From the NCBI GenBank assembly GCA_014728295.1, contig WJLW01000081.1:17295-81294 (forward strand): 64,000 bases of DNA, written 5' to 3'. The notes under the pieces were generated by a model, which was not told where the DNA came from, made no database searches, and worked only from the letters and a program-made list of their open reading frames with translations. Position numbers and translations under genes: made by a program. Below, piece after piece: positions 1-10,820 of this stretch (positions are counted from its first letter, which is position 1; each line of letters opens with the position of its first letter). This DNA comes from Chitinivibrionales bacterium (GTDB lineage: Bacteria > Fibrobacterota > Chitinivibrionia > Chitinivibrionales > WJKA01).

Positions 1-1
1 T

Positions 2-2077
2 GCCGGTTCATGCACCGGTGCACTGCCCATACCGCGCGGCAGCTTTTCCATCCGGGCGGCGGACGTCGACGCGGGCGTGCAGCGGATTGGGACGTTTGCC
101 GCCGATCTGCTTCTGGACAGCTCGAGAATTTACCTGCAACATGGCTCGGTTGAAACCGATTCTGCCAACAAGTTGGTGCTCAGCGGCTGGGTATCGCCGG
201 AGAAGGCGTACGACATTTCACTGAAGTGTAATTCTTTCGACATCACCGCCATTGATCGCATTGAAGCGCTGGACTTGCTGCAGGGATATGTGCAGCTTTC
301 ACTCAGATCGTGGGGTACCTTTGACAACCCAAACGCGCGGGGCGACATGAGGATATCGGAGGTCGCTATCAGCAACCGTCCACTTGACGACCTGTCACTA
401 TCGGTAAACCTCGCCGATCATTTCGTCCACGTGCGTGGCGACCTGGGATTCCATGCGCAGACTTCCTACGACCTCAAGCGATCGGATTTTGATGCACACC
501 TCACATTTGACTCAACGATACTGGCACCCTACTTTGCCCTGACGTCGCAGAGTAGCCTTGACGGATTTATTAACGGAAGCGTTACGGCGCGCGGCACGGC
601 AAACGATGTGAAAGCCGTTCAGGCGGAAATGCTGCTTGACGACGTGCAAATTGTACGCGATTCACTGGTACTGGTCGAAGGCGAATCGCTGCGCGCACAC
701 CTTACCGGCGATTCGGTATCGATCCCCGGCCTGCACCTGAATTTACTGCGCAGCGGCAGCTTGCATATCGCCGGCTACGCCAGACTCAACGGCGCGCTCA
801 GCCTAAATGCCGATGGCGCCATTCCCGCTGACCTGCTGGGCTCATTTTCACCGGACTTTGCCGATGCCCGGGGAACGGTCAGGCTCAAGGCCACGGCATC
901 GGGAACGCAGCAGTCCCCCGAACTTAACGCGCAGGTGCACCTGGAGGACATTGCGCTGACGGTACCTCAACTGTACCAACGCGTCACCTCCCTTGACGGA
1001 ACCATTCGCATCGACCGCGATTCGATACACATCGATTCGATCAGCGGCAACATTGAGCGCGGCGTATTTACCTGCGCAGGCAAGATTGAGCTGGAAGATT
1101 TCCAGCCCGGCCGTTTTGGGCTAAACGTCACGACAAGCCTCCTGCCGGTTTCTATTCCCGACCTGCTTGACGTAACGCTGAACACCGATCTGCATCTCAA
1201 CGGCAGTGATACACTCTCGTTTCTGCAGGGAAACATCGAGCTTGTCAACGGCCTTTACTATAAGGAGGTCGACATCATCACCCTGGAGGGCCTGACGCGC
1301 AAGAAACGCGAACAAAAGCCGCCGACGCAATCCGAACCCATCCCCTACCTCAGCAACATGCAGATTGATATTGCGGTAAGCAATCGCCGGCTTTTTGAAG
1401 TGAACAACAATCTTGCGCAACTGAGCATTAAGCCCGATTTGCAAATTGAAGGAACGCCGGAAAAGCCGATTGTCTTAGGCCGGGCTGAGGTCGCCGAAGG
1501 TTTCATCGAATACAGCAAGCGCATGTTTGAGGTTAAAAAGGGAGTGATTGACTTTGACAATCCGTACAAGATCGAGCCACGCATCGATATAATCGCGCAG
1601 GCCACAATCGACAGCGTCACTATTACCCTCACGGTTTCCGGAACTCCCGAGGCACTCGACTTCAAACTGGAAAGCGACGACAAAAGTCTGGAGCACGCCG
1701 ATTTACTTATGATAATTGTGCTGGGGAAACGACCCGAAACCATGTTCGGAAAACAGGGAGGACAAACAAGTCCGACGCAGTTGCTGGCGCAATTGGTAAA
1801 CACCCGCTCGGAGGATCTGAAATCGGCAACGGGCCTTGACCTGATTGAAGTGGGCTCAAACACAAATGGTCGCAACGAGGATGGATTGAGTGTTACTCTG
1901 GGCAAGAATATTTCACGCCGACTGGCAACCAGAATTACGCTGGAGCAGGACGCCAGTGAGATCAGCCAGAAAGCGATCATCGAATACAAGCTTCTGGAAC
2001 AGTTACTGCTGCAGAGCATGAACGATTCCCGGGGCAACTACGGCGGCGAGTTAAAATTTAAAATTGAATTCAGATAA
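2..2077 (+). CDS. TamB-like translocation and assembly module protein, C-terminal part (5' truncated by window edge)
   Basis: The frame is open from nt 2 with no stop before the listed GTG at 77, so the gene continues upstream. The beta-rich C-terminus (LGKNISRRLATRITLEQ...GGELKFKIEFR) resembles the DUF490/TamB end. An Omp85-family gene follows 3 nt later. Confidence 0.6.
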   Translation, partial: AGSCTGALPIPRGSFSIRAADVDAGVQRIGTFAADLLLDSSRIYLQHGSVETDSANKLVLSGWVSPEKAYDISLKCNSFDITAIDRIEALDLLQGYVQLSLRSWGTFDNPNARGDMRISEVAISNRPLDDLSLSVNLADHFVHVRGDLGFHAQTSYDLKRSDFDAHLTFDSTILAPYFALTSQSSLDGFINGSVTARGTANDVKAVQAEMLLDDVQIVRDSLVLVEGESLRAHLTGDSVSIPGLHLNLLRSGSLHIAGYARLNGALSLNADGAIPADLLGSFSPDFADARGTVRLKATASGTQQSPELNAQVHLEDIALTVPQLYQRVTSLDGTIRIDRDSIHIDSISGNIERGVFTCAGKIELEDFQPGRFGLNVTTSLLPVSIPDLLDVTLNTDLHLNGSDTLSFLQGNIELVNGLYYKEVDIITLEGLTRKKREQKPPTQSEPIPYLSNMQIDIAVSNRRLFEVNNNLAQLSIKPDLQIEGTPEKPIVLGRAEVAEGFIEYSKRMFEVKKGVIDFDNPYKIEPRIDIIAQATIDSVTITLTVSGTPEALDFKLESDDKSLEHADLLMIIVLGKRPETMFGKQGGQTSPTQLLAQLVNTRSEDLKSATGLDLIEVGSNTNGRNEDGLSVTLGKNISRRLATRITLEQDASEISQKAIIEYKLLEQLLLQSMNDSRGNYGGELKFKIEFR

Positions 2078-2080
2078 CAA

Positions 2081-4900
2081 GTGTCTATGATAGCAATTCG
2101 CATACTCATACCTGCCTTGTTCTGCCTTTCACTCAGCGAGGCTTATTCGGCTAAGACACCGGTTGACTCGTCAACGGCTCCGGTTGTCGTCTCGGCTATC
2201 AATTTCAGGCTGTGCGACTCGCGCCGGGACAGCCTGCGCAGCCTCAATTTTGCACGAGATATCAGCCTGCTGAAAAGCAACCAATCCTATCAGGTGGAAC
2301 ATCTTCAGAAAACCTTGCAGGCGTTGAAGGCAAGTAAGAAATTTAGCACGATTTCGGTTGATTCACTCAGGGAGGGCCATTCAATTTCGTTTACATTTGC
2401 ACTGTGCCCCTACCTGCTGGTCAGAAAAATCGCAATCAAGCGCGCATTCCCACTCTTTCCAGGCGAAATTATGACGGTACTCAGTTTCAAGTCCGGCAGT
2501 GTGTACGATGAAGCGATGCTGGACGATGCACGCACAACAATCAAAACATTATACCGACGGGAAGGCATCGAGCTTGATACCATTTCCTTCTCCATTGCCA
2601 CCGACTCATTGCAGGGATATTGCGACATAACCATGGACGTGGGACAGAAGCGCTTTTCATTGCTGAAAGAGATTCGTATCAGCGGGAACAAAGCCAGATC
2701 GGATCTCAGCCTTAAATTAAAAATGGACTCCTGGCGAACCAGGTTTTATACGCTTTCGGCCTGGCGCTATTCGGCCACAAAAATCGAAAAGGACATCGCG
2801 CGCATCAGAGATTTTTATCACCGCAAGCGTTTTGCCGACTGTAAAATTGACTACAACGTGATTGCGGATTCATCTGCGAACACACATACCGTGCACATTC
2901 GGATAGCTGAAGGTCCGCGCTACAAACTCATCTTTGCCGACCGGCTGAGAAAGCGCAAGCTGACCCGGCGCACTATCAGAAAGCAATTCGCATTCATGAG
3001 CAAAGGGCTCAGAAGCGCTTCCGGCATCAAGCAGAGCATCCGCAAGCTTGAAAAACGCTACGAAGAGCGCGGCTACCTCCAACCACGGATTGACCTGAGC
3101 GACACCGTGATTGTCAAGCGAACAGGATTTTTCACGCAAAGACAGATACCGCAGCGGCGACTGACCCTTTCCCTCTCGCCCGGGCGGCAGACGCGCGTGT
3201 CGCACGTTGACATCAGCGGCAATATCACCTACGACGACCGCAAAATCGTCAAGCAGATGCTCAATGAGCACGGCAGACCATACAATGCCAGGGAGATGCT
3301 TAACGATCAACTGGCAATTCATTCTTTGTATACCAGAAACGGATTTCTTAAAGCCGAAATTGACATCAGCGAGTCATGGGATCCAGATTCAAGCGACGTT
3401 GCCCTGACAGTCGACGTAGTGGAGGGGCCGCAGACGATTCTATCTGAAATCGAGTTCAACGGCCTGACCGTCATTACCGAGAAAGCCGCACTGCGCAAGA
3501 CGCTTCTCCAAACCGGGAGACCGCTTGCAATGAAACATATCGAACATGATCAGATCGTTATCTCCTCCCTCGTTGCCGAGGAAGGCTACCCGTATGTAAC
3601 GATACAAACCGACCTGCACTTTAACAATGATTCTTCCCGCGTGGCGGTAATTCACCAGGCTAAGCAGGGCCGTAAAGTCACGATGGGCTCCACCTATTTC
3701 TCGGGCAATTTCAAAACACGCCAGAGAATTCTCAAGCGCGAGATTCGTACCCGGGAGGGCGATGCGTTTTCATTGCGCCGGATTGTCCAGGGACAACAAA
3801 ACCTTCGAGATTTTGATATTTTGAATTCGGTCTCATTCAAAACGTTCGGGCTCAAGGAACGGGCCGACACCATCACCCTGCTGGTGGACGTCGGGGAAAA
3901 TAAGCCCTATCTGTTCGAGGCAGGCTTCGGATTTCACAGTGAAGACTTGATAACTGCACGTGTCGAAGCAGGCAATCGAAATTTCATGGGCTACAATAAG
4001 CATATCTCGCTCGGCGGGCAGTACAGTTCGGTAATCCAGCGAGGCGAATTCAGCATTCTGGATCCGCGCCTGTTCGGCTATCGCATTGCTGCAGCGCTGG
4101 GGACATATTTGCAAAGAGAAACTCCTGCCAATCTGGATTTCGGCACCTATACGCTGGGCGTGCCGCTCAGTTTTACGCGCACGATATCGCGCAATCTAGC
4201 GGCCAGCCTCACCACCAGCTTCACCCGCAAACAGAATTTCGACGTCACCACTTCGCATCCCGATACGAGCATATCCTATGACACGTATCCCCGCAATCAG
4301 GTTTCGCTCACACCGTCGCTGACATTCGACAAGCGGGATTCATTTATCAGGCCGACCTCGGGAATCCTGGCAACAGCCTCGATTAGCCTGACGCAGGGAT
4401 TCGGACGCAATGATGTTGATTTTGCCAGAATTGAAATTGATGCGCGGCGCTACATCGCCCTGACCGAAACATTTACCCTTGCCCTGCTGGGCCGTGCCGG
4501 CTATGTGATTCCAACCGGCGCCGGCGATTCCATACCCTATGATGAGCGTTTCGTGCTGGGAGGAACATCGACAGTTCGGGGCTACAAGCGAAATAAGCTG
4601 GAAGTTGACCAAAGCGGCGATCCGCGTACGGAAGTAACTTCACTTTCCGGATCGATTGAAGCGCGTATCGAATTCTTCTCCAACGTGGAAGTCGCACTTT
4701 TTTTTGATGCAGGCCGCCTGGCGCCCACACTCGAAATCGACGACATTCAGCATGAGTTCAGGCAGGCAGCCGGCGGCGGGTTGCGCTATCATACGCCGAT
4801 TGGACCAATCGGCTTGCTCTACGGGCACAAAATAACGCCGCGGCGCAACGCTAACGAGGAGCGGGGGCAATGGCACTTCTCAATTGGATACACCTTCTGA
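2081..4900 (+). CDS. BamA/TamA (Omp85) family outer membrane protein assembly factor
   Basis: Signal peptide (IRILIPALFCLSLSEAYSA), repeated POTRA-like units (e.g. I.I.GN..), and a C-terminal Omp85 barrel (VRGY, GGGLRYHTPIGPIGLLYG, terminal ...SIGYTF). The start could be GTG 2081 or ATG 2087. Confidence 0.85.
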   Translation: MSMIAIRILIPALFCLSLSEAYSAKTPVDSSTAPVVVSAINFRLCDSRRDSLRSLNFARDISLLKSNQSYQVEHLQKTLQALKASKKFSTISVDSLREGHSISFTFALCPYLLVRKIAIKRAFPLFPGEIMTVLSFKSGSVYDEAMLDDARTTIKTLYRREGIELDTISFSIATDSLQGYCDITMDVGQKRFSLLKEIRISGNKARSDLSLKLKMDSWRTRFYTLSAWRYSATKIEKDIARIRDFYHRKRFADCKIDYNVIADSSANTHTVHIRIAEGPRYKLIFADRLRKRKLTRRTIRKQFAFMSKGLRSASGIKQSIRKLEKRYEERGYLQPRIDLSDTVIVKRTGFFTQRQIPQRRLTLSLSPGRQTRVSHVDISGNITYDDRKIVKQMLNEHGRPYNAREMLNDQLAIHSLYTRNGFLKAEIDISESWDPDSSDVALTVDVVEGPQTILSEIEFNGLTVITEKAALRKTLLQTGRPLAMKHIEHDQIVISSLVAEEGYPYVTIQTDLHFNNDSSRVAVIHQAKQGRKVTMGSTYFSGNFKTRQRILKREIRTREGDAFSLRRIVQGQQNLRDFDILNSVSFKTFGLKERADTITLLVDVGENKPYLFEAGFGFHSEDLITARVEAGNRNFMGYNKHISLGGQYSSVIQRGEFSILDPRLFGYRIAAALGTYLQRETPANLDFGTYTLGVPLSFTRTISRNLAASLTTSFTRKQNFDVTTSHPDTSISYDTYPRNQVSLTPSLTFDKRDSFIRPTSGILATASISLTQGFGRNDVDFARIEIDARRYIALTETFTLALLGRAGYVIPTGAGDSIPYDERFVLGGTSTVRGYKRNKLEVDQSGDPRTEVTSLSGSIEARIEFFSNVEVALFFDAGRLAPTLEIDDIQHEFRQAAGGGLRYHTPIGPIGLLYGHKITPRRNANEERGQWHFSIGYTF

Positions 4901-5049
4901 ACCCGGTGTCGATTGACGGTGGCCGGGCACGTAATGATATAATTACCATATAATCATCCGGACTGCTGCGACGGGGCGTTGCCCTCGCGGGCCGGCGCCC
5001 TACCTGTGCAGCAATCACCTTCGTTGTATCCAGCGGGGACAACTTCTTT

Positions 5050-6375
5050 TTGAATCTCAGGCAAATTTTCTCCATCGGCAGTCAAACCCGCCTTTCGTAC
5101 GTTTACCTTTTCAAATGGGTAGTACTGGCGTTGCTGGCCGGCAGCACCGGTGCGCTGGTTGTACGGGTATTCTCGCTGCTGCTCGATTCCATATCCACCG
5201 CCATACTGCATTGGGGCGTGCCGCTTCCCCTCATACCGATATGCGGAGCGCTCGTAGCCGGGGGGATAATTTATCGGCTGCAACCTCATGCCGCGGGAGA
5301 GGGCATTCCGTCCTATATCCGCGGCATTCGTGTGCACAAGGGAGACCTGCTCTTTTCGGTCACGTTTTATAAATTCTGGGCAGCCCTGGCAACACTGGCA
5401 ACGTTTGGCAACGGGGGCATCGTCGGCCCGCTGGGCAGAACCAGTGCGGGCAGCATGGCACTGATCACCCGGGGATTGCGTCGGATTACTTCGGTATTTG
5501 ACGAAGAGGATCAGAAAACTTCGGCCATATGCGGACTTGCCGCAGCAGTGGGAACCATATTTCACACACCGATCGGCGGCGGCATTTTTGCAGTGGAAAT
5601 AATCCAGAAGGCGCGTATGGGCTATAAAGACCTCTTTCCGGCTATTTTGTCAAGTGCGACTGCCACCATCATCTGCAAGCTGTTCGGATGGGACAGTTTT
5701 TATCCAACCCATGCCGGCAGTGATTTCATGGACCACGGAATGATTGGCTGGTTGTTGCTTCTGGCGCTTGTTGCCGGACTGGTGGGTGGTGCGTATCCGA
5801 CCCTGTACAGTTGGATCACCAGAATTATTAAACGTAAAGAGGGCAACGTTTTACTCAAGGTAACTCTCGGCTCAGGGGTCGCCGGCATCATCGGATGGCT
5901 GGTGCATCCTCAGTTAATGGGAACCAGCTCGAGTTTGATTGATGCGCTCGTCCAGGGAGATTTGCATCTGATTGTCGGCAACCTGGGCATGATACAGTCG
6001 CTGGGAATAGTATTGCTCATTGCGCTGGTGGTTAAAGCAGTGTGCAATTGCATAACTGTAGGATCGGGGATGAGTGCCGGCTTTGCGGGACCGGCGGCAA
6101 TAACCGGCATGTTGCTCGGTGCGACCGCCGCTTGTTTTCTCAATGTTGAGATCGGCAGCCCAACGTATGCGGCATTTATCGCCGGCGGTTTTGCGTCCAT
6201 GCTCGCCAGCACCATGAACATACCCCTCGCTTCGGCAGTAATGGCAGTAGAGATTTTTGGATTACAGTGCAGCTTTCCGGCAGGACTGTCGGCTATTGTC
6301 GGTTTTCAGGTGACGCGCCACGGCACCATTTATGATTACGCGCTGGCGGGAGCAGGTGTGGCGATTGACGAGTAG
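5050..6375 (+). CDS. ClC family voltage-gated chloride channel/antiporter
   Basis: Multi-TM protein with ClC selectivity-type motifs GEGIPSY, GIVGPLGR, PIGGGIFAVEI and GSGMSAGFAGP. The TTG start at 5050 is uncertain. Confidence 0.8.
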   Translation: MNLRQIFSIGSQTRLSYVYLFKWVVLALLAGSTGALVVRVFSLLLDSISTAILHWGVPLPLIPICGALVAGGIIYRLQPHAAGEGIPSYIRGIRVHKGDLLFSVTFYKFWAALATLATFGNGGIVGPLGRTSAGSMALITRGLRRITSVFDEEDQKTSAICGLAAAVGTIFHTPIGGGIFAVEIIQKARMGYKDLFPAILSSATATIICKLFGWDSFYPTHAGSDFMDHGMIGWLLLLALVAGLVGGAYPTLYSWITRIIKRKEGNVLLKVTLGSGVAGIIGWLVHPQLMGTSSSLIDALVQGDLHLIVGNLGMIQSLGIVLLIALVVKAVCNCITVGSGMSAGFAGPAAITGMLLGATAACFLNVEIGSPTYAAFIAGGFASMLASTMNIPLASAVMAVEIFGLQCSFPAGLSAIVGFQVTRHGTIYDYALAGAGVAIDE

Positions 6376-6419
6376 CAGAGCGCCGGAATGGCACGTTGGC
6401 GCCCGGTTGCGCATATTCC

Positions 6420-8246
6420 CTAATTATAATAGTACTGGGATACGTTTTTTTCGATGTCCTGACGCTTCTTGTAGTCCAGGTACCAGTCAATATATATTTT
6501 CTGCGCCATATTACCGGTTATTTTCCTCTCGACGGCAGCGACCTCGGGACTCTCCCAGGGAATATCCTTGACACGTTCAACCATAACCGGGCGAACAACG
6601 AAAAAGGCGTTCGCAGTTTCGACAATATCCGACATTGCTGCCTCGGGCAGCGAAAATGCGGCTGCAACGGCCTGATTGTTGTTGCCGACGCCGGGGATGT
6701 ATGATGAGCGCGCTACCGTATCCGTCGTTGCGGAAGTTATCAGTGAATCCGCTTCGTGCAACGTTGCGAGCGTTATTTCGCCGCCAATCTTTTTTAAGGC
6801 ATCCTCCAGATACGAACGTGCTTTTGCGCGTCGAAGCGAATCACGCAGCGTTAAAAAAATAGATTCTTTAACAGTCTCAAAAGGCTGCGTCCCTTCCGGC
6901 ATTTTTCTCTTCAGCTTGAGGATATAAAAGGCATCCTCACTTTCCAGCGGATTTTCGTATACATCACCCTGATTATAGGTAAATGCAAAGAAATTCAATC
7001 CGCTGACATACCCGATTCCGGGAACCATATCGCCCTGGACAAACGGCCCGGTCGAATCAAGCTTTACATTTTCATCACCCTTCAAAGCCTCCTCGAAGCC
7101 TTTTTCAGCCACAAGGTCACGCAAGCTGTCGGCAAAATCTTCCAGACTGTCAACCGTTTCGGCGGAAGGATTTAGTTTGCGCAGTATGTGACGGGCTTTG
7201 ATGCGGGTTACCGAATCACCTTCCAGCTCCTTTTGCTCGACTTTGATAATGTGATAGCCGAACTGGGTCTTTACCGGATCTGATATTGTACCGGTATCCA
7301 TGGCAAAGGCAACCTTCTCGAACTCCTTGACCATCTGTCCGCGGCCGAACCATCCCAGATTCCCACCGTCTTTAGCCGAACCTTCGTCGTCGGACTCGAT
7401 TTCGGCCTCGTCGGCAAAAGTTGCTTCGCCATCCTGTACCCGGCTTTTTATGGCAAGCAGCTCGTTATAGAATTCCGCTTCATCAGCTTTCGTCGTCATC
7501 TTGGGAATTTTGGCATAATAGAGATCGGCCTGCTCTTCGGAATGGAACGAATCGGCATTGGCTTTGTAGTAGCTTTGCATCATGTCATCGGTGACAGCGG
7601 AAGAATCAACACTGAACGAAAACGGACTCACCTTGGCATATTCGAAAACCGCTTGTTCATTATCCAGCCGATACTGATGGGCGATTTCGGCCCGGGTGAT
7701 GAAATTGCCCGCCTCAAGCAAGTGCTGCAACTGAGCCATCGGGGCCTGCAGGCGTCGCAATTCCTGCTCCCACAATACCAGGTCCGGATTGGCCTCAAAT
7801 GATGTAGGATCGTTCAGGAATTCTTCCCATTTCAAGGTGTCGAATATGCTGTCGGTCTGGAACATTGGCGACTCAACCACGTTTTGGGGAGGATTGTTCC
7901 GGATCATGGTATAGATTTCCTGCGTAGAAGCGTTGATATTCATGTCATCAAACACTTTCTGCAACAGAATTTCGCTAACCTTTCGTTCCCAGACCTGCTC
8001 GGGGATCTGACGCCGCGTATACGGTGGAAGATCCCCGCCTGATTGAAGCCGCTGCTGTTCCTCCGTCATATTGACCATATTGTCAAATTCACGAAGTATG
8101 ATCTCCCGGCCGTTTACGGTACCAACGACCTGCTTCGGCTCCTGTGCCATCTGGTCGATGCCGCCGCCGACAAAAATTGAAATTACGAAAATAATGGCAG
8201 CCGCCAGAATGAATCCCGGCGCAATGTTGCGCATTTTGCTAATCAT
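6420..8246 (-). CDS. ppiD: PpiD-like periplasmic chaperone / parvulin peptidyl-prolyl isomerase
   Basis: N-terminal membrane anchor, SurA-N-like region, and parvulin core GGNLGWFGRGQMVKEFEKVAF...FGYHIIKV. Confidence 0.8.
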   Translation of the reverse strand: MISKMRNIAPGFILAAAIIFVISIFVGGGIDQMAQEPKQVVGTVNGREIILREFDNMVNMTEEQQRLQSGGDLPPYTRRQIPEQVWERKVSEILLQKVFDDMNINASTQEIYTMIRNNPPQNVVESPMFQTDSIFDTLKWEEFLNDPTSFEANPDLVLWEQELRRLQAPMAQLQHLLEAGNFITRAEIAHQYRLDNEQAVFEYAKVSPFSFSVDSSAVTDDMMQSYYKANADSFHSEEQADLYYAKIPKMTTKADEAEFYNELLAIKSRVQDGEATFADEAEIESDDEGSAKDGGNLGWFGRGQMVKEFEKVAFAMDTGTISDPVKTQFGYHIIKVEQKELEGDSVTRIKARHILRKLNPSAETVDSLEDFADSLRDLVAEKGFEEALKGDENVKLDSTGPFVQGDMVPGIGYVSGLNFFAFTYNQGDVYENPLESEDAFYILKLKRKMPEGTQPFETVKESIFLTLRDSLRRAKARSYLEDALKKIGGEITLATLHEADSLITSATTDTVARSSYIPGVGNNNQAVAAAFSLPEAAMSDIVETANAFFVVRPVMVERVKDIPWESPEVAAVERKITGNMAQKIYIDWYLDYKKRQDIEKNVSQYYYN

Positions 8247-8330
8247 GGTCTCTCCCTGAAGGCAATATCAATATCACTAGGTCCGCAAAAAGCGGAGACT
8301 ACAAAAAATAATAAATACAACCTGCAACAA

Positions 8331-10148
8331 TCATTTTTTCGGCTTTAAAATTGAAGCATACAGATTTTTATCGGAGAGCAGCTCCAATGCGGCTTTGAGT
8401 TGGACGTCATCGGCGAGTTTGGTGCGATACACCAGTTCGTTGTCCTGCCCGTATTCTCTTACCAGAAATGCTTCTCGGATGTATTTGCGGACTTCCTGTT
8501 CCACCTCGGCAAATTCACGTTTGCGCTCCTGCGCCAGAAGCCTCTCTATGCCCCGGCTGATTGATTCGAGCTCCTGCTTTTCCTGTTGGGTGAGTACGAT
8601 TGCCGGTTCATTGTCAATCGTATCCGCAGTATCGGGCTTTTCAATTTCAAGTCCGGCGTGCTGCTTGAAATCGTCAAAAGCAATATCCGCCATGGTCTTG
8701 TACTCGAAATCAATTGAGTCCAGAAATGCTCTGAAAGATGCATAGAGTTTATCATTGATGCTAAAACCGGTATCGATCGGAGCTTTGGCCTTTTTCAGCA
8801 TCGGGTGTTGCAGGTTTGCGAACTTAAAAAATGCGTCCCTGCCGAAGAGCGCCCGCACAATGTCATCAAACGACTCCGGCTCCACGATTGTGTCGGGAAT
8901 AATACCGCCGCCACCCAGTACGATACGTCCGTTTTTGGTGCGATATGCCGATGTGTCCTGCACAGTATCGGCGGCTTCCACAGATGTGGCCTGTGAACCT
9001 AGCGAAGCAGTGTCGATATTTTCCTGGTCGTCCTGGGCATCTCCATTGCCCCGGACATCATTTTCCGGCTTATTGATGCACCGCCCGGACGGTGTATAAT
9101 AAAAGGCCGTCGTCAATTTGATATGATGCGTTTTGTCAAGATACAGAATGCTCTGCACCGATCCCTTGCCAAAGGTCGTATCGCCCAGGACAATACCCCG
9201 GTCCCAGTCCTGGATGGCGCCGGCAACAATTTCGGAAGCGCTGGCGCTGGCCGGGTTCACCAATACGACCAGCGGCATATTTTCGGGAAAAACGGGGCTG
9301 GTTTTAACATAGAATTCTTTGTTCTGGCCGGGTGCTCTTCCTCTGGTCGAAACGACAAGTGATTTTTTTGGCAGGAATTTGGACGAAACTTCAATTGCCT
9401 GCGGCAACAAACCGCCCGGATTAAAGCGCAAGTCAAGCACCAATCCGTTGATGCCTTTTTTGACGAGAGTCTTGACCGATTTTTCGATCTCGTCCCCGGC
9501 TTCCTGCGAAAAAGTATTGAGGCGGATGTAGCCGATACTGTCGTCGAATACGCCGCTGAAAGGAACAGATTTGATTTTAATAATCTCGCGGGTGATGGTA
9601 AAATGCAGCGGTTTGGTTTCGCCTTTGCGGCGCACGGTAATGGAGACTTCGGTACCGGGTTTGCCGCGCAACTTGCCGACCGCCTCATCGAGCTTGATTC
9701 CTTTTGTTGACTTGCCTTCTATTTTGATAATCTGGTCTCCCGAACGAATACCGGCACGCGAGGCAGGCGTTCCCCCGATAGGCGTCATCACGGTCAGAAC
9801 ATTTTCACGGATGGAAATCTGTATGCCCAGACCGCCGAATTTGCCTTCGGTATGAATGCGTAGCTCTTCGAATTGTTTCTTTTCAAAGTAGCTCGTATGG
9901 GGATCAAGGATTTCGATCATTCCTTCGATAGCTTTATCGACGAGGTCTTTTGAGCTGACTTCTTCAACATAATTCTGGTGAATTTTGGTGGTAACATTGT
10001 CCAGCCGAATAATATCGGCGTAAAAATTATCGTCTTCGGCATCCGGGCGCACTTTGTCGGCCATCAAGCCGGTAATAACAACGACCAGCATGACGATTCC
10101 CAACAATGGCGTTTTGCCCAGCGGATGCTTCTTCGTCTGAGTACTCAT
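8331..10148 (-). CDS. ctp: Carboxy-terminal processing protease (S41 family) with PDZ domain
   Basis: TM anchor, PDZ (FGGLGIQI...GTPASRAGIRSGDQIIKIEG), S41 core (LRFNPGGLL, NPASASASEIVAGA, FGKGSVQS, GGGGIIPD), plus a ~190-aa C-terminal extension. Confidence 0.9.
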   Translation of the reverse strand: MSTQTKKHPLGKTPLLGIVMLVVVITGLMADKVRPDAEDDNFYADIIRLDNVTTKIHQNYVEEVSSKDLVDKAIEGMIEILDPHTSYFEKKQFEELRIHTEGKFGGLGIQISIRENVLTVMTPIGGTPASRAGIRSGDQIIKIEGKSTKGIKLDEAVGKLRGKPGTEVSITVRRKGETKPLHFTITREIIKIKSVPFSGVFDDSIGYIRLNTFSQEAGDEIEKSVKTLVKKGINGLVLDLRFNPGGLLPQAIEVSSKFLPKKSLVVSTRGRAPGQNKEFYVKTSPVFPENMPLVVLVNPASASASEIVAGAIQDWDRGIVLGDTTFGKGSVQSILYLDKTHHIKLTTAFYYTPSGRCINKPENDVRGNGDAQDDQENIDTASLGSQATSVEAADTVQDTSAYRTKNGRIVLGGGGIIPDTIVEPESFDDIVRALFGRDAFFKFANLQHPMLKKAKAPIDTGFSINDKLYASFRAFLDSIDFEYKTMADIAFDDFKQHAGLEIEKPDTADTIDNEPAIVLTQQEKQELESISRGIERLLAQERKREFAEVEQEVRKYIREAFLVREYGQDNELVYRTKLADDVQLKAALELLSDKNLYASILKPKK

Positions 10149-10169
10149 GTCTTCTCCCTTATCAGTGCT

Positions 10170-10820
10170 TCACGCATGCGCGATGCGCTTTTGTTCCAGT
10201 AAAAAGTCGAGTTTACTGATTATGTTCAAAGATAATTCATCAATGGGACGACCGCCATCCAGAAGCGTCATGCGCTGCGGATTGCTGCGCACCAGATCCT
10301 GATATCCCTGACGAACCCTCTTAAAGAAAGACCGCGAATTGCCTTCAAGACGGTCGGGCGATTTATCCATATTGTGTAATCGAGTATGTGCAATGTCAAT
10401 ATTGATGTCGAATACGAACGTATGATCGGGGGTGATACCGGCCGTGGCAAACGAGTTGCATTGCTGCACAGCTTGCAGATTCATGCCGCGTCCCCAGCCC
10501 TGATAAGCAAAAGTAGCCTCCTGAAAACGGTCGCATACGACAACCACGCCGTCTGCAAGGGCCGGCAGGATTTTTTCTTCGACATGCTGGGCGCGGGCGG
10601 CGAGGTAGAGCAATACTTCGCACCGGTCAACCATGGCATCATTGTCGGGAGACAGCAGCAGCGACCTGATCTTTTCAGCGATTCGGGTGCCCCCCGGCTC
10701 ACGCGTTGCCATGCAGGCAACACCACGGCGCTGCAACGATTCGACCGCACGCGCAACCTGAGTGCTTTTGCCGCAGCCGTCGACACCTTCAAAAGTGAGG
10801 AAAAGACCTTTTGGAATCAT
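10170..10820 (-). CDS. tmk: Thymidylate kinase
   Basis: P-loop FEGVDGCGKSTQ. I place the start at the second Met (MIPKG), whose ATG overlaps the secA stop as ATGA (10817-10820), suggesting translational coupling. Confidence 0.9.
   Translation of the reverse strand: MIPKGLFLTFEGVDGCGKSTQVARAVESLQRRGVACMATREPGGTRIAEKIRSLLLSPDNDAMVDRCEVLLYLAARAQHVEEKILPALADGVVVVCDRFQEATFAYQGWGRGMNLQAVQQCNSFATAGITPDHTFVFDINIDIAHTRLHNMDKSPDRLEGNSRSFFKRVRQGYQDLVRSNPQRMTLLDGGRPIDELSLNIISKLDFLLEQKRIAHA

Noticed and set aside
1345-2037. 230-aa minus-strand ORF inside the TamB-like gene
   Set aside because: It is a Ser/Arg-rich antisense translation, and the plus-strand frame has the DUF490-like C-terminus.
4901-5049. 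Possible fluoride (crcB-motif) riboswitch upstream of the ClC gene
   Set aside because: I looked for the conserved GGNGATGG...AACCGCC...CTGATGA elements on the plus strand and did not find them.
4954-5565. 203-aa minus-strand ORF overlapping the ClC gene start
   Set aside because: It is antisense to the ClC channel. The translation is Gly/Arg/Gln-rich and has no recognisable domain.
8281-8300. Short hairpin (TCCGC-AAAAA-GCGGA) between ctp and ppiD as a terminator
   Set aside because: It has only a 5-bp stem and no convincing U-tract in the transcribed (minus) orientation. It is too weak to call.
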